NCBI GenBank assembly: GCA_002788675.1
Contig: PFRS01000001.1
Coordinates: 106,204-170,203, forward strand
DNA from: Candidatus Pacebacteria bacterium CG_4_9_14_0_2_um_filter_40_15
Lineage (GTDB): Bacteria > Patescibacteriota > Microgenomatia > UBA1400 > PJMF01
DNA: 64,000 bases
Reading direction: 5' to 3'
Shown: positions 57,467-64,000 of the stretch, piece by piece
How the letters are laid out: each line of letters opens with the position of its first letter
How positions within the stretch are numbered: the first letter of the stretch is position 1
Translations under genes and position numbers: made by a program
The notes under the pieces: generated by a model
Seen by the model: only the letters and a program-made list of their open reading frames with translations
The model's database searches: none
Told to the model about the DNA's origin: nothing

Positions 57467-58192
57467 ATGAATTTTGAATATCTTCACTATTTGCATCTTG
57501 AGATGATAGAAAAACAGCCCGGCATAGTTGTTGCAAACACACTCCCTATTCAAGCTATTTCACACAAAAGCCAGGTAAGACTCAAACTCCACGAAATGGG
57601 ACTCTGCTCTCTTCCAACTGCAATTCTCTCTGCTGATGACAAGACTACTGAAGCTATTCTCAATGGGAAACTTAAGCAACAACTTGACTCACTTCTCACA
57701 ACACATAACCCTGATCTAGAAGAACATCCGGGTTTAGTATTCAGAGTGGTTACTAATGATGGACACAGAAATACATCTCTGCCTTGGCTTCAAATCGGGG
57801 ATGTTAATACCAATGCGGTTGAAGAAAAAATTTCAACATTTTTTTCTCAGCAAGCAGGGAAACAACTCATGGTACATCTTGAACACCCTGAATTACAAAA
57901 AAAAGTTCAGCATATTAGAATCCTGTATGCTGCTAATGATTTTTACTCAGTTCAAATTCGTCAATCATCACATGCCCGTCAGCTAGAAAATATGCAGGAT
58001 CAATATCAATCACGTCACCTAAGTCGTATTAAAGAGTATCTTTCTCTGCATCTTCCTCAATCAAGTGCCATTACTGATCCTGTGAGACTTGACCATATCA
58101 TAGCAACTTTAAATACTCATTTTTCGAATAACTCGGTTTGCGAAATTCGTGTGTATCCAAATGGAAACACACAGGTACTTGCAGCAGACTAA
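57467..58192 (+). CDS. Hypothetical protein
   Basis: A 241 aa ORF with no motifs recognised. It occupies the position where rplJ/rplL would normally follow rplA. Confidence 0.4.
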   Translation: MNFEYLHYLHLEMIEKQPGIVVANTLPIQAISHKSQVRLKLHEMGLCSLPTAILSADDKTTEAILNGKLKQQLDSLLTTHNPDLEEHPGLVFRVVTNDGHRNTSLPWLQIGDVNTNAVEEKISTFFSQQAGKQLMVHLEHPELQKKVQHIRILYAANDFYSVQIRQSSHARQLENMQDQYQSRHLSRIKEYLSLHLPQSSAITDPVRLDHIIATLNTHFSNNSVCEIRVYPNGNTQVLAAD

Positions 58193-58248
58193 GTAGTTCA
58201 AAAAAGCCCCTGATTCATTATCAAGGGCTTTTCACAAAAAGTGATTTT

Positions 58249-59244
58249 TCATCTGCTTAGCTGGGCAAAGGTTGTTGCGCGCAACTGTCCACACGCGAAA
58301 CCACCTTTTCCAGTTACTGGATCAATCTCAATGCCACTTCCTTTGAATGTCTTAATTGTTGTCACACCTTCGTGTGCCAATGTTTCCAGGAATAAAGTCT
58401 TAGTTTCCTCAGCCGGTCCGTAGAATGGCAGTTTGGGAACCGGATTATACGCTGACAACTTGAGGCGTCGAGGCGCCGCCAACTGTCGTCCTGAATAAAA
58501 ACTTGGAGCTTGCAACAGAGCGGCCAATTGCTTGGCATCCTTAATAGATGCGTTCGTAAACCCATCTTTTTCCATCAACACCACGTTGAATTTAACCGGA
58601 ATTCCGGTTACTTCAGCGTAGTAATCGACGTCAGGCATTATTTCGGCAATCGACCGCTTTCCTGGGATAATCAGGCGCCGTTTGACCTCGTCAGCCACAT
58701 GTAGACTAAACTGCAGTGCAACCGGTACTTCTAACCCTGCAAAGACTTTAGTAAAGGCAAAAATGCCTTTTTGGTTCTCACCAATTGTTGACAGCGTGAC
58801 CCGATCAATATCAATTGTCGGATCATTAATCACTGCCATCAATCCTGCGATGACATTCTTGGCATTATCTGGTGGTTCACCATTACCCATCATGCCAACG
58901 ACATTGGGTAAGGTCCCATCAGGATTCCGCAGAGCGACCGAATATCGAATTTGATATGCGATCTCCTCTGCCGTCAACAAGCGCTCAAAACCTAATGCAG
59001 CGCTTGGCACGGAACAGAACTCACAACGCCGGGTACATCCGCCAGCGGTACTGACGCATATATCATGCTTTGGAGACATTGCCTCATCATTATTGTTATC
59101 AAAGAAAGTGCCGGTCTCAAACGTTGCCAGCTTTCCATTGCCATTTCTGGCAGAAAAAACAATTTTGCAACCTTTCTCATCATCGGCGAATTCAATATCA
59201 AGTACCGAAAAAACTGCATTTCCAACAACTGGTAAGTTAATCAC
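58249..59244 (-). CDS. rlmN: Radical-SAM RNA methyltransferase of the RlmN/Cfr family (short form)
   Basis: A CTRRCEFC Cx3Cx2C cluster and a C-terminal GGFACGQL motif, which matches the RlmN AACGQL signature. Confidence 0.65.
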   Translation of the reverse strand: MINLPVVGNAVFSVLDIEFADDEKGCKIVFSARNGNGKLATFETGTFFDNNNDEAMSPKHDICVSTAGGCTRRCEFCSVPSAALGFERLLTAEEIAYQIRYSVALRNPDGTLPNVVGMMGNGEPPDNAKNVIAGLMAVINDPTIDIDRVTLSTIGENQKGIFAFTKVFAGLEVPVALQFSLHVADEVKRRLIIPGKRSIAEIMPDVDYYAEVTGIPVKFNVVLMEKDGFTNASIKDAKQLAALLQAPSFYSGRQLAAPRRLKLSAYNPVPKLPFYGPAEETKTLFLETLAHEGVTTIKTFKGSGIEIDPVTGKGGFACGQLRATTFAQLSR

Positions 59245-59401
59245 TAGTTATACCTCCTAGTATAAACATTTGATCTTTGAAAAAAAACTTAATGTGCGCA
59301 CGCATAACAATCACAGCTATACGCACTTTATTAAGTATGCGTAACTGTTACACATTAATTCATATTATAACCTATAAAAGAATTATGGCAACTAAATATT
59401 C

Positions 59402-59917
59402 TCAAATTAACTGATCCGAATACTTATCGAGAGCCGATTCCAGCTGAGAATGCAATGGAAAAGGTAAATCTGATAAAGAAAACCACTCAACAGCTTCAAA
59501 TTTTTCTGGTTCCCCATTCTTAACCTCATTTGGATCAACCATTACTTTAAAATCGAGTGTAACCCAGTGAGATTTCTTACCATCTGCGATTCTATGAGTA
59601 TCTCGGTATCCCAAAAACTTAATCTGTTGCGGTATCACCCTGTACTCTTCCGCAACTTCTCGAAACAAGCCTGTCTCAACTGACTCACCAAACTTCAATG
59701 CTCCCCCACCTGGATCCCACCGTCCATGTTCATCACGGCAAAATTCACTTCTTTTATTAAGCAGGTATTTTCCCGCACCATCATGGCAAAAAAATATAAG
59801 TGTTATTCCAATGCAATCAATTCCATTTTCAATCATATCTCTCAATTTTATCATTTTTTTCATTAACGGTAAAAAAACATTATGATATAATATGGGACAT
59901 TCTTTAACATAGATCAT
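59402..59917 (-). CDS. NUDIX hydrolase
   Basis: Nudix box GGGALKFGESVETGLFREVAEEYRV. Confidence 0.7.
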   Translation of the reverse strand: MIYVKECPILYHNVFLPLMKKMIKLRDMIENGIDCIGITLIFFCHDGAGKYLLNKRSEFCRDEHGRWDPGGGALKFGESVETGLFREVAEEYRVIPQQIKFLGYRDTHRIADGKKSHWVTLDFKVMVDPNEVKNGEPEKFEAVEWFSLSDLPFPLHSQLESALDKYSDQLI

Positions 59918-59938
59918 ATAATTTTTGTCCCCACGGAG

Positions 59939-60346
59939 GTGGCAATGAAAAAATCTAAAAAACTTGAGCCCATCCTATGGGCAATTATTTTTTTTGGCCT
60001 GGGGTATATTTTCCAGGCAACGGTAAGTTACGTCGTGGTTACAGTGCATCCAATCTCCCACGAGCATGCACAAGAACTCTTCAACCAAGAGATTGAACAT
60101 ACCTGGCTTGGAGCAGACGTTGTTACGCATGTGATCCCAACGTCAAAACTTACGTGTAAACCAGAACTTTTTCGCACCGTTGAAAAACAGTGTGAAGAGA
60201 ACATCGTCGTAGTTTTCTTTGATGGCGCTGTTCTCTATGGCACCTGTACTACCTGGAGCTATAGAGATTTTATATGTGAAATTCACCAACCGCCTGTCAG
60301 GAGAACCGATGGTATCCTGGCGCAACTTCCTGAGGAGGAATCATGA
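59939..60346 (+). CDS. Small membrane-anchored hypothetical protein
   Basis: A 135 aa ORF with an N-terminal transmembrane segment. Confidence 0.4.
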   Translation: MAMKKSKKLEPILWAIIFFGLGYIFQATVSYVVVTVHPISHEHAQELFNQEIEHTWLGADVVTHVIPTSKLTCKPELFRTVEKQCEENIVVVFFDGAVLYGTCTTWSYRDFICEIHQPPVRRTDGILAQLPEEES

Positions 60347-60711
60347 GCAGAAAATTAACACCTGTCCTTTGTACGTATCGGCTCGAAATTACTCTAGCCA
60401 TTGTTTTTTTGCTTGCTTTAGCTGTTGGAATACTATCTGTGGGTTCAGTTGCAAATAATTACTTTAGTAATGTTGCAACTGAAGAGCGCGTCTTCGAACT
60501 TGTTAAAGACGATGTTGAGCTCACTGAGTTTGCATTTACCGCAAATAATATATTCCTGAGCAACCAAAAATCTTTCGAGGTTGCTGGCGGAGCTCAGTAC
60601 TCTGTTGATTTTGTTATCAACACCCAGTCAGTCAAAGTTACTGGCACCTACATCTGGGGAACCAGAATGAAAAATGCCAGGTACATACTTACTGGCATTG
60701 ACAAAAAATGA
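60343..60711 (+). CDS. Small membrane-anchored hypothetical protein
   Basis: A 122 aa ORF with an N-terminal transmembrane segment, overlapping the upstream gene by 4 nt. Confidence 0.4.
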   Translation: MSRKLTPVLCTYRLEITLAIVFLLALAVGILSVGSVANNYFSNVATEERVFELVKDDVELTEFAFTANNIFLSNQKSFEVAGGAQYSVDFVINTQSVKVTGTYIWGTRMKNARYILTGIDKK

Positions 60712-60780
60712 CCTATGAAAAGCCCCGGCAGATACTTGCCGGGGCTTTCTTTTACTTAAAATCAAAGATAACAGGAGAAG

Positions 60781-62571
60781 TTACTTCTTTTCAGCAATCT
60801 CAGACACTACTTGAGCAACAAAATCATTCAGTGCAAGAACTGTTTGCTCTCCAGTATCTCTGCTGCGCACAGCAACAGTGCCTTCCGCCTGTTCTTTTTC
60901 ACCCACAACAAGCATATACGGAACTTTATCCATCTGCGCCTGACGTATCTTTGCTTGCAGCCGCTCTGAACGATCATCTAAGGTAACTCGAACGTTGTGA
61001 CGCTGCAGTTCTTCTTTTACCTGCTGAGCATACTCGAGGTATTTATCAGAAATTGGCAAAACACTCACCTGAATTGGAGATAACCAAACAGGGAATTTGC
61101 CAGCGTAGTGTTCAATCAAAAATGCAATACTGCGCTCAATGGCACCAATAGATGAACGGTGCACAACCACAGGCTGCTCCTGCTCGCCAGCTTCATTAAT
61201 AAACTTAAGGTCAAAACGTTGTGGCATGACAAAGTCATACTGCACAGTGAATGCCGTATCTTCCTTACCGTTCACGTTGCGCATCTGCACATCGATCTTT
61301 GGACCGTAGAATGCAGCTTCACCTTCGGCTTCAACATAGATGGCATCGCGTTCAATTAATACTTGTCGCAACACATCTTCTGCAAAGTCCCAAGCGGCGT
61401 CATCTTTGAAGTATTTCTTTTCGTCGGAGCGATCTCCGAGGGATAAACGGTACGAATAATTCTTTCCCTTCTCTAACCCGAACACATCGGAAGAAATGTA
61501 CTCAATAAGATCCAAAACGCCATTAATTTCAGACTTAGCCTGCTCATTACTACAGATGATGTGAGAATCGGCTAAACAAAAACTACGCACACGAATTAGG
61601 CCAGATAACTCACCAGAGCGTTCGTAGCGATACAGCTTCGCAAGTTCTGCGATACGCATTGGAAGTTCGCGATATGAGTGTGGTGCTGAAGAATAGAGCT
61701 CAAAATGATGCGGACAGGTCATTGGACGAAGCATGTATTCTTCATCTTCAATCTTAATTGGCGCATACATACTGTCTTTGTAGTAAGGATAGTGACCTGA
61801 CTTCTTGTAGAGGTCTAAATTAGCAATATCGGGCGTCATCACGTGCATGTAGCCACGGCGAATTTCTTCATCTGTAATAAAGCGCTCAAGTTCGCGACGA
61901 ATTGTTGTACCCTTCTCTGTCCAGAGTGGCAATCCCTTTCCAATAATGTCAGAAAAAACAAATAGCCCAAGATCCTTACCAATTTTCCGGTGATCTCGCT
62001 CTTTTGCTTCTGCGCGCATGGCAAGATTCTCTTTGAGTTCTTCTTTTGAAGGGAATGCTGTGCCGTAAATACGTGTGAGCATCTTATTCTCTTCACTACC
62101 GCGCCAGTAGGCACCTGCCAAAGAGAGCAACTTAAAGTAACGGAGCTCTTTGCTTGGGTGTTTACAGTGCCCGCCTCTACACAGATCGGTAAAATTACCC
62201 GATGTGTAGAGTGTAAGCGTGCGATTTTCGCCTGCAAACTCTCGGATCAGCTCTGATTTGTATTCATTATCTTTGAAAAATTCAAGTGCTTCCTCTGCTG
62301 AAACAGCCTTGTGCTCAAATGTCTCCCAGCTTTTTACTATCTCTTTCATTTTTTGCTCAATTTTTTGCAGATCATTTTCCGAAATTGGCTGCGCAAAATC
62401 AAAATCATAGTAAAAACCATCATCTGTGGATGGTCCAATGGTTGGTTTCGCATCTGGATAGAACTCCAGTACCGCAGCTGCCAATAAATGTGCTGCTGAA
62501 TGACGCAAAGCAGCTAAAGATTCTAACGCTTCCTGGTGCTCCTGTGCGTGTGTATGAGTGTGTGATGACAT
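60781..62571 (-). CDS. thrS: Threonine-tRNA ligase
   Basis: A class II aaRS core with the HRKIGKDLGLF motif, a second additional domain and a C-terminal anticodon-binding domain. Confidence 0.9.
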   Translation of the reverse strand: MSSHTHTHAQEHQEALESLAALRHSAAHLLAAAVLEFYPDAKPTIGPSTDDGFYYDFDFAQPISENDLQKIEQKMKEIVKSWETFEHKAVSAEEALEFFKDNEYKSELIREFAGENRTLTLYTSGNFTDLCRGGHCKHPSKELRYFKLLSLAGAYWRGSEENKMLTRIYGTAFPSKEELKENLAMRAEAKERDHRKIGKDLGLFVFSDIIGKGLPLWTEKGTTIRRELERFITDEEIRRGYMHVMTPDIANLDLYKKSGHYPYYKDSMYAPIKIEDEEYMLRPMTCPHHFELYSSAPHSYRELPMRIAELAKLYRYERSGELSGLIRVRSFCLADSHIICSNEQAKSEINGVLDLIEYISSDVFGLEKGKNYSYRLSLGDRSDEKKYFKDDAAWDFAEDVLRQVLIERDAIYVEAEGEAAFYGPKIDVQMRNVNGKEDTAFTVQYDFVMPQRFDLKFINEAGEQEQPVVVHRSSIGAIERSIAFLIEHYAGKFPVWLSPIQVSVLPISDKYLEYAQQVKEELQRHNVRVTLDDRSERLQAKIRQAQMDKVPYMLVVGEKEQAEGTVAVRSRDTGEQTVLALNDFVAQVVSEIAEKK

Positions 62572-62714
62572 GTGTGGTTCCTTCTTGCTGATACGACTAT
62601 TATAGTCTATATCTACTTATTTTTCGAATGTGTTAGCAGAATCTTTTCAGATTCTGCATATTTCGTACCTACGCTTTTTTCACTCGCTTCGCTCGTAAAA
62701 AAGCGGGTCCGAAA

Positions 62715-62745
62715 GAAAAAAAACTCCCCCATGTGGGAGAGCTGT
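62715..62745 (-). terminator. Intrinsic terminator
   Basis: A hairpin ctccc-ccatgt-gggag with a T-run on the minus strand. Confidence 0.45.
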
Positions 62746-62857
62746 TTGGCATTTGTAACACTAAACCACTCTTCCCTACATGGGGATGCTAGTAGTGGTT
62801 GTGGTGGTTTGTACCAAAATTTGATTCATTACAGACTCATAGTATATCATACTCATT

Positions 62858-63085
62858 TTATCTAAGAGCTCGTACCTTCTTCAAAAATTGAGGATCATCT
62901 TCATCATTGACTCGAATACCCAAGACAACTCCTTTATTCATTAAAGAAGTGACAATCCCAGCAGCCATAAAATCGTCAGTGACGTATCCAGCAACCCCAG
63001 CAAAAAGTGGGAAAATTGTTCCGTCCTGCTTTTGACTGAGCAGTGCATACTCAATTCCTGGTCTTAAATCTTCTAATTCTTTCAT
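62858..63085 (-). CDS. Small hypothetical protein
   Basis: A 75 aa ORF. Confidence 0.4.
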   Translation of the reverse strand: MKELEDLRPGIEYALLSQKQDGTIFPLFAGVAGYVTDDFMAAGIVTSLMNKGVVLGIRVNDEDDPQFLKKVRALR

Positions 63086-63454
63086 ATTTTTTTCTAGCGA
63101 TCACTGTCAGAATACTGGTATACCACATTACCTCTCAAACGAAGTTGGGTTGCGCCAAGCCTCTTGCCTGGCGCAACTCATCTAACCGACAGTTTCTCCT
63201 TTCATACTTACTACTCATTTACTAACAATACTCTGTGAGCCTACTCTTCTTCCTCTTCGAGATAATTACTCGGCTCTTGGACTGGAAGTTGCTTAAAGGA
63301 CATGCGGCTATTGGTAGCATCAAACCACAAAAGATCCTTATGAATCTTGAGGGTTGAGGCCAATGCCCGTAATCCTTCAGCTGAGTATGGCAATTCGTCG
63401 CCAACTTTCATACTTCCTTTCCAAACGCGCGCTTTTTTGTACTTATTACTTTTA

Positions 63455-63490
63455 TATATAAAAAAACCTCCTTGTTTAGGAGGTTGCGCG
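63455..63490 (-). terminator. Intrinsic terminator
   Basis: A hairpin aacctcct-aaaca-aggaggtt followed by ttttttt on the minus strand. Confidence 0.5.
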
Positions 63491-63675
63491 TTTATTTCTT
63501 TTTGTTTGTCTTATGTTAGACGTCAACAGCGCAACCTACCGTATTGGTGAGTTGAATCATTTGGCGCTTGGTAAAACAAACATATTTATACATACTTTTT
63601 GAACTATATCGCAGATATTCTAAAAAAACAATGTGTATTGAATACATATGGAGATATTATAACTGAACTCCTCGA

Positions 63676-63939
63676 TTAACCACCAACAAATATAATTGAT
63701 CCACTACGGCGTTGCTCAAATGATCTTTGCTGATCCGTCCCCACTATCTGATAGTGTGTTTGACTTACAACCTTTATATATACTGCCCCTTCTGAAACAT
63801 GTACCTTCGCATGAAGACTACCATCTTCATCATAACAAGCACTATAATGCAGTCCCCATGAAGGCATGATCACTCCTGGCAACCAATTTGCACGAGCTGG
63901 TAACACTTTCTCTTCACGTTCAACTGTAGTTGGGATCAT
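63676..63939 (-). CDS. Hypothetical protein
   Basis: An 87 aa ORF. Confidence 0.35.
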   Translation of the reverse strand: MIPTTVEREEKVLPARANWLPGVIMPSWGLHYSACYDEDGSLHAKVHVSEGAVYIKVVSQTHYQIVGTDQQRSFEQRRSGSIIFVGG

Positions 63940-64000
63940 CTTACCAGATAAATTTTCTCGTACAGATTCTACAACTCTACTCGTGCTACTACAACTTGAA

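Noticed and set aside
63241-63414. Minus-strand 58 aa acidic ORF ending EEEEE
   Set aside because: It is below the size threshold with no ribosome binding site, and it conflicts with the 60 aa ORF on the same strand in another frame. The evidence is insufficient.

Overview
This 64 kb window has low GC (about 40%), is gene-dense, and looks like a small-genome bacterium, possibly CPR/Patescibacteria-like. The genetic code is standard: tRNA-Trp has a CCA anticodon and TGA is used as a stop. Most of the window is housekeeping, and I list the blocks in order.

- **1-5.4 kb:** a partial ychF, a structured ncRNA candidate with a consensus promoter, and a CapA-family gene.
- **5.4-8.3 kb:** a zur-znuBCA metal-uptake operon.
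- **8.6-15.8 kb:** galU, cysS, hpf, recR and tmk.
- **15.8-22.3 kb:** a thymidylate/nucleotide-salvage supercluster carrying tmk, dut, folA, thyA, a dCMP-deaminase fusion, an HxHxQ HIT protein and nadD.
- **22.3-37.0 kb:** topA, dprA, mrdA-mreDCB, an O-antigen-ligase/TPR membrane protein, def-fmt, L28 and an M50 protease.
- **48.9-49.7 kb:** L33 followed by tRNA-Thr, tRNA-Tyr and tRNA-Thr.
- **55.0-57.3 kb:** secE-nusG-rplK-rplA.
- **58.2-62.6 kb:** an rlmN-like radical-SAM gene and thrS.

The most unusual region is an accessory island starting at tRNA-Trp (38.21 kb) and running to about 44.1 kb. Its small same-strand genes include a RelE/ParE-RHH toxin-antitoxin pair, an HtpX protease with a zinc-ribbon membrane partner, and several small secreted or membrane proteins. 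The genes are separated by at least seven direct copies of a roughly 33 bp repeat that resembles the tRNA-Trp 3' end. Most copies overlap the TAG stop codon of the preceding gene. No integrase is visible anywhere in the window.

Other notable features:
- A GC-rich, high-structure ncRNA locus with a perfect sigma70 consensus promoter (3781-4292).
- A GC-rich, foreign-looking gene beside a 160 bp long-inverted-repeat element (49.9-51.0 kb).
- A pair of surface-protein genes, one with a C-terminal dockerin and one with three Cys-rich repeats. They sit in an insertion that separates the tRNA/L33 block from the secE-nusG-L11-L1 block.
- A structured, duplicated motif in the rplK-rplA spacer.
- A duplicated promoter plus 5' gene fragment at 45.2 and 45.6 kb.
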